A stretch of 64,000 nucleotides of DNA from Phoronis australis (taxonomy: Eukaryota; Animalia; Phoronida). Of the stretch, positions 1-12,040 are shown one piece after another. Where the stretch lies: NCBI GenBank assembly GCA_002633005.1, contig NMRA01000211.1:226262-290261 (forward strand), read 5' to 3'. The notes beneath the pieces were generated by a model. The model searched no databases. It had not been told where the DNA came from and saw nothing but the letters and a program-made list of their open reading frames with translations. Position numbers and translations under genes: made by a program. The number at the start of each line of letters is the position of its first letter. Position 1 is the first letter of the stretch.

Positions 1-619
1 AAAAAATGAATTTCCCTGTGTCAGAAAAGAACTTCTTTCTATGAAGGCAAATGAGAAACCAACAAAAGTAACTGGAGGCTAAGTGACATGTAAAGGATGT
101 GTCCAAATAGTTGGTAAGAAAAAAATCATTTTGCCTCTGAATATGTTCATTATATTCTTACAATATTGTCAGGTTTGTACATTGTGCATATCCATATGGT
201 AATTCCTTGCCTGTTCATCACCCAATATGGCAGACAAGGGAACTTTTTGTCAAATTTCAACAAAAATTTCAGCATGTTAGGTTGGTTCATTATAAGCAGA
301 TGTCATAAACAACATGTTTTAAAGTCTCTTACTTCAAGATAGTCACTCTTTAAACAATAGAAAAATGACAGTTTTGGCAATTATTTTTGGTAGAAATAAG
401 TGAAGAATTATAATTGCACTTGGAAATGTGGACTTAGTTAACCATAATTCCATTTTGGCCTTCAGTGTATGTTTCTTCTAGAAGAAAACAAATCCAGTGC
501 ACGTGGAGAAGGGGTTGTTGCTTAAGTTTCTGAACCTAATATGGATAATCTTGAAGTGAAACGGAATTGTTTGTATGTTATACATTGAAACATATCATGC
601 TCTTTAATCTCATATGAGA

Positions 620-960
620 CAACTCCTACGCTAACATTTGGGGTGTTGTTATCCCAACGCCTAAGACAGACTGTGACTAACCGATCCTAATAGATTCACA
701 AATTAATGCTTGTTGCTTCAGCCACGATCCTGAAGAAAACCTTGCTAATTTCTCTTTTTATGCAAAGGTGGCTTCTATTTTAAAAACAGTCGTGTTGGTT
801 GGTTGTCTTATTGTTTGTTGTTTTACTTTGAAACTCGTACGCTAAACAGGCGTGTTGGTTCACGACCACAATTATCTCATTCAGCACGTTCAGCCATCAC
901 TTTGCTGGATACTCTGGGGTAAACAGTGCAAATCCTGTTAGCGTAAGATTTGCCTAATAG
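620..960 (+). repeat. Dispersed repeat (second copy at ~14115-14570)
   Basis: cctacgctaacatttggggtgttgttatcccaacgcct...tttgctggatactctggggtaaacagtgca recurs with mismatches at 14120-14520. Confidence 0.7.
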
Positions 961-2447
961 GGGCACAAAAATACCCAAAGCCCTGTGTCCTTGTGCTCTG
1001 TAGCAATAATTGCAGCAAAGTCTGAGACAATAAAATACCAATCTATGCAACATGTTTGTGGAGAAGTTGCGAAAACTCCTAAAACTTTTCAAGTTTCAAT
1101 TTCAAGCATTTCAAAACCAACCAAAAATCCCCCGGTAGTAAAAAATTAATGTCAAAATGATAATTTTTAACAACTTCACCTCAAGCCCTTGATAGGTTAA
1201 ACTTGTGCACCACTGATGCGCATCAGATAGTGTGTCATTCAATTGAAGAGATTCTGAATTAAAGAGTTTGTTGTATGCATGGAATTTCTCTAGGCATAAT
1301 GCAAGTGACACTCTCTTGGAAAAGCATTCTTATTTTTCACTGGACAACCAGATGTTTGGTGAAATCAGTGGATGATGATATGGTGCTTTGAATGTTGTTT
1401 GAATTATTGTTAAGTTGGTGGAAATGTTTATGTAGTATCGTTGTGCTAAAATTTTAAGATTTTCTGCATTTTGTGATAAAAGATTATGTAATATGCAATT
1501 TTGTAAAAGTGCACGTAACAGTCACTATAGCCGTATTAAATGGGACCACAGTAAGTTCATTGTTTTTTTTGCACACACAGACAAATCAGTGGGTGCATGT
1601 TCATGTCACATAGCGTCTGTCCACAGTGCCTTCATTTTGTTAATGAGTCAAGTCAGTTGGCTGTGTGTCGGGGCGTATGACCGAAATGATTTCTTCCTGT
1701 CTTAAAGTGGCATTAAACCAGTACATTCTGTCAAAAAATTAAGTTTTGATTTAGGCCACTCACCACTAAGGAATTGGTCTATTCTCATTCCGTATTCTGT
1801 TTGGAAGTGATTTCAGGGGGTTGGGAAGATCTGGCAGTCCTTAAGTTCTTTCGACTAAGCCCTGAAACCACCTCCAACTTGTACTGATAGAAACAAGTTG
1901 ATATTAATTTCATAACGTTTGAGTGTCTAAATCAGTTCTTGTTGTGAGGAAAAGTATTTGTATAGTATGATATACTTTGAAAAAGCTTTTATTCTAGAAT
2001 TATTTTGGTTGGGGACCATTCTTAATTATGACCAGTGTCAGTTTTACAAACTGTACACTTCCTTATCTCTCCCCTGTCCCTGTAATGACCTAACTAAAAC
2101 AAAATTTTCAACCAATTATCCTGGTATTTTTGATGTAGCATTAATTAAAACAGCAAATTAATTAGTTTCACATCGGCATTTTGAGGATGTAAGAAGCATA
2201 CAACCTACAAGAGCAGTCAGCCTTGGTCCCTTAATTCCTCAATTTTACAAAATATTTATTATCAGGCAAAACTTGTGCATTGGGTTGGATGGGATTTAAA
2301 AACAGATTAATAAATCCAATTTCTCAATTCTATTGTTTAGAAAGATGAATTAATCCTCAGTATAACCACATAATATCAGTTGTGATCAGTTTGGTTTCAA
2401 ATAGCAACTAAGTGCCCTGTTTAGATTGAAGACTAAATTGATTTAAC

Positions 2448-5400
2448 ATCAGTTTGTGGTTCAAATTTATTTTGAGGAAGCATGTGTTAACGCAAGCAGT
2501 TTAGCAATCGATTCAACCTCAATTGATTTAACCTAAAGCAATTCATACCTCACGAAAACTAACTATATTACTGGCCATTTATAAACCGAAACTCGTGACA
2601 GGAAGGTGAAATGTGTTCTTGCGTGGTACTTTCCCAACAGAGGGTGCAGTGTCTAAAGTTATTCAATGTTTGTAATGGATACGGGAAGCCGAAGCATCTT
2701 TAAGACGATAGAGACAAATTGTCGCAAAGGAAATAGATTCCGAACTTCAGTATAAACAGGTAAATGACTGCCTGAATGTACATTATAGTCATTATAAAAC
2801 ATTGGCAAAGATTTTTTAGGTGCTTGCATTTGTCGAATTTTGCAGTAGCTGCTATTGCATCTAAGATTACAACATGATATTGGAAGTCCTATCTTATCTA
2901 CAGCTCACACTGTCAACCTTTGCACATGCTAATATTCAAGTTGTGACCATATCTCGGCAGAGATACCCGGGAACAGTTGTCGACTGGAGCATACATTGGG
3001 TAAGCAACAGTTTATGATCTATATTATTTATTTTGAATAATATTCCGTTATGATGCTGTGTTGATAACATCAACATTTAACGAAAGAGTGCCAGATCACG
3101 TGAATGTAGTTGGGCAACACTTGTGTCCATCACTGTTCATTGAATGATGTATCAACCTGCTACATTGAGTACCTGCTAATCCAGTGTGAACTTAATCTTC
3201 GTGTTTCAATAGTGTGTGAAGGTTGGTAGATAGGCCACAGGTAACTAAATACGTAGGGGCGGAAGAGCATGTTGATGTCATCCAGCATGCCTAAAATCTT
3301 ATTTATGCGGTGTTTATCAAATATTTAGGATAATAATCTGCAGATTTCCTGTGGCTGCAACAGGCATCTCATTTCAAAGGTTAGATGAAGAGCAGCTTTG
3401 TGTACTGGTTTAAAAAAGACAACTGGATCTTGATAATCTTTTTGTCCAATTTTTTAAGACACCAGTGTCGAAGACCTTAAATCACAGGCTTTACTCAACA
3501 GTTCAATGAAAAGACAACAGGGTGTGAAAGATGATTATTATTTTATGATTTTTCCTATCACCACGGTTATTATTAGTGTTAATATTGTATGAAAATGTAT
3601 TTATCAGGTCTTATATCGACAAAATAAATGCTATTGGAGCTGTTATCTGAATGGCTTAGTTGCTGCACTTTGAATAAACTAATTTTTCATGTGATCAGAC
3701 TCTTATGACCATTTAATTCTTAAATAATGCAAAAGTCTAATAATATAAAATAGACTGCCACAGAGTTTTATGTAGGTGGAGTGATTAGGTGGTATCAGCT
3801 GGTGGGAATTTATGTTTGCTTAAGGTGGAAACCTAAGATATTCCGGTTGTTTTCTTCGTTCCATGATTTACCGGCAAACAGACATAACATAATTTGTAAG
3901 CAGTTAGTGGGTCAATACTGCACAATGTGCCTGCCAGAATTTTATTTTGTTAACAACTTTTTAACAAACTCAATGCTCCATCATGTAGTATGGTTTAGGT
4001 ATTCTCAGCTAAAATTATGAAATTTAATGTGGGGAAATTGTTCTGCGCATTTCAGCTTTTTTGTTATTAATGAGATTATCAAAATGGAAAATTGTAGTTA
4101 ATTGTATACGGTATGTGTGGATGTCGTTGTGTTAACTTCTTCAAAGTAGAAACAATTTTTCAAAAAAATGCCATTTTTTGCACAGAAAAATTTTTAACTC
4201 AAGACATGCAACCCCAGTCCCTGCCCCAGGTTATACTCGTCATTCTGTCTTTTTCTAAGTTGAAATCTAATTTGACATTGCATATCAGGAATGGTAATTT
4301 GGTGGGACTAAGATTGCGTGGCTCTCTGGTTGTGCCAAATTNATCAGTTTGTGGTTCAAATTTATTTTCAGGAAGCATGTGTTAACGCAATCGATTCGAC
4401 CTCAAATCGATTTAACCTAAAGCGATTCATACCTCATGAAAACTAACTATATTACTGGCCATTTATAAACCGAAACTCGTGACAGGAAGGTGAAATGTGT
4501 TCTTGCGTGGTATTTTCCCAACAGAGGGTGCAGTGTCTAAAGTTATTCAATGTTTGTAATGGAGACGGGAAGCCGAAGCATCTGTAAGATGATAGAGACA
4601 AATCGTCCCAAAGGAAATAGATTCCGAACTTCAGTATAAACAGGTAAATGACTGCCTGAATGTACATAATAGTCATTATAAAACATTGGCAAAGATTTTT
4701 TAGGTGCTTGCATTTGTCGAATTTTGCAGTAGCTGCTATTGCATCTAAGATTACAACATGATATTGGAAGTCCTATCTTATCTACAGCTCACACTGTCAA
4801 CCTTTGCACATGCTGATATTCAAGTTGTGACCATATCTCGGCAGAGATACCCGGGAACAGTTGTCGACTGGAGCATACATTGGGTAAGCAACAGTTTATG
4901 ATCTATATTATTTATTTTGAATAATATTCCGTTATGATGCTGTGTTGATAACATCAACATTTAACGAAAGAGTGCCAGATCACGTGAATGTAGTTGGGCA
5001 ACACTTGTGTCCCATCACTGTTCATTGAATGATGTATCAACCTGCTACATTGAGTACCTGCTAATCCAGTGTGAACTTAATCTTCGTGTTTCAATAGTGT
5101 GTGAAGGTTGGTAGATAGGCCACAGGTAACTAAATACGTAGGGGCGGAAGAGCATGTTGGTGTCATCCAGCATGCCTAAAATCTTATTTAGCGGTGTTTA
5201 TCAAATATTTAGGATAATAATCTGCAGATTTCCTGTGGCTGCAACAGGCATCTCATTTCAAAGGTTAGATGAAGAGCAGCTTTGTGTACTGGCTTAAAAA
5301 AGACAACTGGATCTTGATAATCTTTTTGTCCAATTTTTTAAGACACCAGTGTCGAAGACCTTAAATCACAGGCTTTACTCAACAGTTCAATGAAAAGACA

Positions 5401-6225
5401 ACAGGGTGTGAAAGATGATTATTATTTTATGATTTTTCCTATCAACACGGTTATTATTAGTGTTAATATTGTATGAAAATGTATTTATCAGGTCTTATAT
5501 CGACAAAATAAATGCTATTGGAGCTGTTATCTGAATGGCTTAGTTGCTGCACTTTGAATAAACTAATTTTTCATGTGATCAGACTCTTATGACCATTTAA
5601 TTCTTAAATAATGCAAAAGTCTAATAATATAAAATAGACTGCCACAGAGTTTTATGTAGGTGGAGTGATTAGGTGGTATCAGCTGGTGGGAATTTATGTT
5701 TGCTTAAGGTGGAAACCTAAGATATTCCGGTTGTTTTCTTCGTTCCATGATTTACCGGCAAACAGACATAACATAATTTGTAAGCAGTTAGTGGGTCAAT
5801 ACTGCACAATGTGCCTGCCAGAATTTTATTTTGTTAACAACTTTTTAACAAACTCAATGCTCCATCATGTAGTATGGTTTAGGTATTCTCAGCTAAAATT
5901 ATGAAATTTAATGTGGGGAAATTGTTCTGCGCATTTCAGCTTTTTTGTTATTAATGAGATTATCAAAATGGAAAATTGTAGTTAATTGTATACGGTATGT
6001 GTGGATGTCGTTGTGTTAACTTCTTCAAAGTAGAAACAATTTTTCAAAAAAATGCCATTTTTTGCACAGAAAAATTTTTAACTCAAGACATGCAACCCCA
6101 GTCCCTGCCCCAGGTTATACTCGTCATTCTGTCTTTTTCTAAGTTGAAATCTAATTTGACATTGCATATCAGGAATGGTAATTTGGTGGGACTAAGATTG
6201 CGTGGCTCTCTGGTTGTGCCAAATT
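2448..6225 (+). repeat. Near-identical ~1.9-kb tandem duplication (2448-4341 and 4343-6225) joined at a single N
   Basis: Identical ORFs at 3781 and 5665; the copies differ by a 12-bp indel and scattered SNPs; N at 4342. Confidence 0.92.
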
Positions 6226-6673
6226 TGCAACATAATATCGTGCAGTGTTGAGTGTGAAAAAGCACTGAAATTGTCTCACAATCTATGAATTTCCAAAAAA
6301 TACAAGAACATGACTGGTTATGTGATTAACTGAACTCAAGTCATTAATTTCAAACAAAAACACATCAAAATTTTCTACAGTTACAGCATGTTACCCAAGT
6401 TACCCAAAAGCTTAATGAAAATCCAGACGCATTTGCATTGCCTATTGTCTGTTTGTATGCAGAGATCCCCAAACAGAGGAAATGTAAATGAAATCAGCAA
6501 TCTGTAAGTCATGAAAAATTGAAGAAGAGACCCTCATGAGTTAAGTTTTCTTTTATGTAAAACATTGTGAAGATAATTTTCTTGAAATTTTAGGTTTACA
6601 GCCTTTGTTAACTATGTCTCCGTTGTTTACCAAGGTTCTGACCAGATAAGATCCCGCAATCAAGATCAGATAC

Positions 6674-7707
6674 CAGGCCTTCATGCAGCGAACGTCCTGG
6701 GCGTCCAAATGGACGCCCTAGCATTAATGTGGACACTCTGGCAAGGACGCCCAATGTATCATTTGGACGCCCTGTCAATCAGAATTTCTCCAGTTTGGAC
6801 ACCCACATTGTAGGATTACTAAGACTCCCAGTTAATCAAAGAGAGAAGTTGGCCCTTTCAACGCAGAAAGAAACATACGATGTATTTCAAATGTTGCAAT
6901 GTTCAAACTATTTTCAAAGTATTTGGTAGACCTGTCAATCATTAGCACATGTTTGGTTGCCAGAGTGTCTTCTTTCAGTAGACTCATGTGCCACTGCAAT
7001 TCTGTACTTTATATAGGGACACCGACCTTGCTCAACTCCAAACTGGTGTTTCAGAGCTGCAGTTTCATCTACTTCATCTTTTTTGAAAATACCAAAAGCG
7101 AAATAAATGTCATTATTTTAATAATATGATGTGACGCAAGAATATCCCCATTTAAAATGTTTGAGTTTTTGCCCGTTTCATGCTTTTGTATCTGTGTCTA
7201 AAATGGAGCAGCAGTGACACCTGTTGCCAAAATATAAACCACACATCATCTGTGCATTTTTCTTTTGTTGGTAACTGCAGCTTTGATGACTCATTGTACA
7301 GAATATAAAGCTAGTGAAGTTGATATAATAAACTTTATAACAGAATTTGACTTGAGATGACCAAAAACAGTGCACTCATCGTTCAACCAATATCTGTAAT
7401 ATCTGTAATACCTGTTTGGTAAGCTTTTTGGCTGTTTTCGTAAATTTAAACATAAAAGTCTTTATCAACAGTTTTTTAGTACTTAAAAAAGCCCAATACA
7501 AGGGAGCTGTTTTTGTAAACTTAGGTGTAAAAGCCTTGTTCAACGCATTTTTTAATTTAAAAAAAAAACTCACTGTGTGTTTGGGGGGGGGGTTACTGGT
7601 GAATGGTGGTGGGGGGGGGGGTAATGCGTCGTTGGAATCATGGATGCCCTGGAATATTGGGAACCCATTTTGGACACCCTATGTTCGAAATCCTGGATGA
7701 AGCCCTG
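6674..7707. mobile_element. Non-autonomous hAT-type DNA transposon (~1.03 kb)
   Basis: TIRs CAGGCCTTCATGCAG and CTGGATGAAGCCCTG; 8-bp TSD tcagatac / tcagacac; subterminal ggacgccc/ggacaccc repeats; no transposase ORF. Confidence 0.8.
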
Positions 7708-7894
7708 TCAGACACCCCCACATCTTATGGACTGGAGCCTAAGGCTTTTGATGTGGCAATGTCCCTTTTCTGAGCCCTTGGGGTTAACCATGTGGATTCA
7801 CAAAGAAGAAAACTGTTTGATAGTGTTATTCAGTGAACATGCCAATAGGGTTTACAGACCTAAAGATACACCAAGACTAGCTTAGAGGATGTCC

Positions 7895-7985
7895 CTTTTA
7901 AAAGTAGCCTGTCAAGTCTATTCATAAAGACATGCCCTAGCTTAAAAGTAGCTTGTCAAGTCTATTCATAAAGACATGCCCAAGG
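7895..7985 (+). repeat. 44-bp tandem doublet inside a dispersed repeat (inverted relative at ~27535-27660)
   Basis: aaaagtagc(c/t)tgtcaagtctattcataaagacatgccc occurs twice; the reverse complement gggcatgtctttatgaatag is at ~27560. Confidence 0.6.
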
Positions 7986-10900
7986 TAATTGAGCAAGTAA
8001 ATCTTTTTTACAATATGCTTTCCCACGGCAATAAAGGTCTCGATATAACGTGCCCATATTTTGAAAACCAGTTTGATGCCCATTATTTAGTGGAGAAAAC
8101 AGGTTCTCAAAGTTCGGGCATATATCAGACCATTACCGTTTCCCACTATTGTAGTGAAGCTCCGTTTTTAGCAAAGTTTCATATGTGGGTAAGGTTAAGT
8201 TCAATAGTCAATCTGCAAGCGAAACTTTGCTGAAAAGTGTAGGATTTAAAAGTGAAGCTTTGGTAGTCACCAAAACTGTTGTGTAGTGGGAATGGTTAGA
8301 GCTAAAATTTGGTGACATCATCGGTGGAGGTTGAGGCAAAGATATAGGATGATGCTAAACTCAATGTCATACCATAGATATCCTGCAAAACTTGTTCAGT
8401 TTACGTTGGCCCATTTCAATTTCATTAACACTGTTAACTGGCGGTAGAACAATTTTCAGTTCAACCTCGATTCCACCACTCAATATTTGCTTGAGATTAC
8501 AAATCATCTGCGCCGTCTGAAATTTTTCTCTGATGACGGGATCGCCATATGGCGATAACTTAGACATTGCTGTCTTGTGGGAAAGGTAATTGAAGTTTCA
8601 GTAAACGGAAGGTACCCTATAAGAAAGCACCTTGAGAAAGTACTGCCCTGTAATTATTCCCAACTGATTAGATTTATTGTATTGAAAACACAAAGGGTAT
8701 GGTGATGCACTGTCAGCAGGTCGTTGGGGTAAGTGGGGTGTAATTTGTTACAACTTATAAGTGGTGAGAAAACTGGTTCTCAAAATGTATGACCCCTGAA
8801 AGTGATCACTTCTTGTTTTGTGTTCAGCTAGATTGTGACCTGCACGTGTAAGTATTATTTTTGACTTAATTAATGGCTTCATTCTTTTTTGTCTTTCCAT
8901 TAAATTGAAGTTTTAGCATAGCTTTATAACGTGCTCGTAAAAACAATAAATCCTGTTCAGGTGCTCCTCCATTAAAATTTCACTGCATTCTTTATGGGTA
9001 TTAAGATCACCCTGCAGTGGCAGACAGAAGTCAAATCTTGTGTTGCTGAAGCAAGTTACACAATGAAGGTTGGGACATATTTAGGAATGAGCAGCAGTTG
9101 CAATGCCCATTGCATAATTCTCTTTTTCTGTTGTGACAATAAATTCTATTCTCATGAGCTGCTCCCCCATTAAAATCTGATTTTTGCCATTTAAACAATG
9201 AAAAATTTCAATTTTCAATGATATATTTAGTTTAATTGTCTAGAGTGTCTAAAATGGTCAGGAAAATGTTACCATGGACAGGCAGCAGATATCTCTGACA
9301 CACGTTTCTGTTCCATAATGGACTCACAAAATAAGCTTGTCATAAAAGTGCAGGCGCTTGGATAAGTGTCTGATATAATCCCAATGGGTGAAAATCAAGT
9401 TGCCAGTTCGGAAATGTTAAGTCTAGCTCTAATATTGCATCAAGAATTTTTTTCTTGCTTATTTGGTTCAATTTACTCTCAAAACAGGGACTAGAGAATT
9501 TTTAGTGGGATATGGCACGTGCCTGGCGATTTATCAGTGATTCAATTGGGTTTATCATTAATATGAAATATGTATTAATTACTTCCTTATCAAATAGCAG
9601 TTGATTGATTTTCTTGTCAAACATTCTGGCACAATAACTGTGATCACTACGCAAGTCCTGGTGGAACTTGAATAAATAAATCAAGGAATCCAAGTTGCGA
9701 AAAGGTGTTGACCAAAGACTTGATTGCAGTACTTGTTCACTTCTTAGCTGCCTGTGATTGGAGTGGATTTTTGTAATGTCATTACCAATCACCAAAAAGG
9801 GCAATTACTGCCAAAGTACTGCTTTACTACAATGTTTAGTCAGGAAAATTAGACTTGTTCTGTGTAAATGGTGAAATTAAAGGTAAGTATGCAAGTTTAT
9901 AATATGATGTAAATTTACCAAAACCAAAAGTTTCAAATTGCAGGTAAGTGAGCTTCATAGATGGGACTTTACCTATTTCACCAATCTTGTGCAAAATGTT
10001 TGTGTTTTTAAAAATTTTTTTTGGCCTTACCAATCATACTGGCTGCATTCAGAATTTTACTTGTCATAACAGGGAAATTTATTTTGTCTATAGTGTACAT
10101 TGCTGTACGTTCTTCAAATACTGCCGACCATTGTTGGTGACTGATGTAAAACACTAACATACTATGACTTGAAAAGATGTTTTCATTGAGATATTTTACA
10201 AAATGACATTGCACATTGCTGTATTATGTCCTTAGAAAAGAATCCTTACCCCATTCGTTTTTCACTATTGTAATGCTCTAGGTCTTCTGGTTAGATTAGA
10301 TTGGGTGCTGTAATATGACAAGGGGAATTAAATGATGTATTGTGCTGGAAACGAGTAATTACGTGACATTTATCATTCCTTTTGTGGACTAGGATATCGT
10401 GATGTTATCAAACTTAGATCATCACAGAGATTTATAGGACAGGAAAACTGCATGCATTATCCATGCAATAATGAAAAGATTCTTTCAATTGCAATACACA
10501 TCTTAATTCTGTAGTCATGACAACAGCAACTTAATTTAGACATCTGACTAGTCAGTCATTTAAAACAGCTCTAAACTGGTGCTTTCTGATAAAAAAAAAC
10601 AAGTTTTTATTTAGACCTGACTGTTATGAAATTAGTCGCAAATTGCTCCTGGGTCAAATTAGAAGTGATTTCAGGAATTTGAAAGTTTGTTGTTACTTGA
10701 TAACATGAAAGCTCATAAAATTTCAGGTCATGCTTGAACTGAAATTTGATAAGCTTGGTCTGAAAAAAATAATGAACTGTCAGTTCTTTACAAGCTCGGG
10801 CATCACTTGTGCACTGGGTGAGGAACAAGATGAGGTGAATTTCATAATGGTTAATGGACTAATCAGAATTTTAAGCTATTTTAATAAAATAATGAAATTT

Positions 10901-11124
10901 CTGGATGCACTTCGCTCACTGACTATGAAAACTCACTCTCATAAAAAAATTCAACACATTTCTATAAGTGAGATGGACATAGTCTTTCAAAACACACCTG
11001 AACTAAGGAATGCATGGTTAACTCTTCAAAGGCATTTAATTCAACTGAACATGATCAATTTAACACTTTTCAATGGAGCAGGCCCACTAAATAATCATAC
11101 TTAATTCCTTTGATGTCTTTTCAG

Positions 11125-11527
11125 GTTTTGTAGCCTTTATTACTGGACTCATCAAATTCTGTACCAGGCAGTCTAATCATAATCATCTGGTTGATGACAT
11201 TGATAGTTTACCTATTAATGTGTGAATTCCCAGAATACACTCAAATGACTGGCATGAAGAAACAAGTGTTGCTTCATTCACTTGATTTGATGGATTCTTC
11301 AGGATATAACGTGACATAACTTAATTGAAATGAGACATGGACTGGTGAAAATTGTCATGACTCCAAGGATTCAGCAGCTGACAAATGACAGTTGACCAAG
11401 TGTCTTTGTGTGTGTGTCCGTCTTATCAGCAGGAAGGAAAATGATTCGCTCAAGTCAAATGGGTGACTTTTGATTGTTGCACTTTTTTCTGCATTGAAAA
11501 CACTCTTGTCGTCATTTTAACTCCATC
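11125..11527 (+). other. Probable 5' UTR portion of mGluR coding exon 1, with several upstream ATGs
   Basis: Strong acceptor ttcctttgatgtcttttcag ending at 11124, about 400 nt before the ATG; implies a non-coding exon further upstream. Confidence 0.5.
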
Positions 11528-12040
11528 ATGCATTACAAAAGCTTCCCACCTTGGACCCAAGTGATCATAGTAACACTACTGTTGGCAACGAGATCTTCTG
11601 CATTGTTTGCAAACTACAGTGGTGATGTTTTAGTGGGATCACTGTTTCCTATTCATTCTCATGAATTGCTGCTGACAAATATGCGAGACCAGTGCGGTGA
11701 CATACAGGTTGAGGATGGCATATTACCTCTGGAGGCTTTGCTGTACACTCTTGACGAAATCAACAATTCAAGTCTGTTACCTGGATTTACACTTGGGACT
11801 ATTGCACTGGACAGTTGTGATAGCGACACACATGCTTTGGGACAAGCTGTAGAGTTTGTTAAAATTTTGGTTACCAGGGCAACGCACGGAGATGTAGCAT
11901 TTGTGTGTGCTGACAATAGTAAACCAATACTGAAACCTGGAGTGGAGGAGTTTAATAAAGTGGTCGGAGTTGTTGGTGGATCATCCAGTAGTGTCTCCAT
12001 CGCTGTTGCAAACTTGTTACGTCTGTTCAATGTTCCACAA
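11528..12040 (+). CDS. GRM: mGluR-like coding exon 1 (signal peptide and VFT lobe I)
   Basis: ORF 11528: MHYK...hydrophobic leader, GDVLVGSLFPIH, LEALLYTLDEIN, LDSC, NLLRLFNVPQ; donor gtaagt at 12041 (phase 0). Confidence 0.93.

Noticed and set aside
3781-5904. Two identical 79-aa ORFs suggesting a duplicated small gene
   Set aside because: GTG-start ORFs with no recognisable motif; the identity follows from the probable haplotype duplication.
10730-11104. 124-aa plus-strand ORF just upstream of the receptor
   Set aside because: No recognisable domain, AT-rich, and it ends at the pyrimidine tract of the 11124 acceptor; likely a chance intronic ORF.
11659-12030. Antisense ORFs over receptor and TP53BP1 exons (also 38118, 38782, 25608, 60159, 62637)
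   Set aside because: Expected shadow ORFs opposite GC-richer coding exons; no independent evidence.
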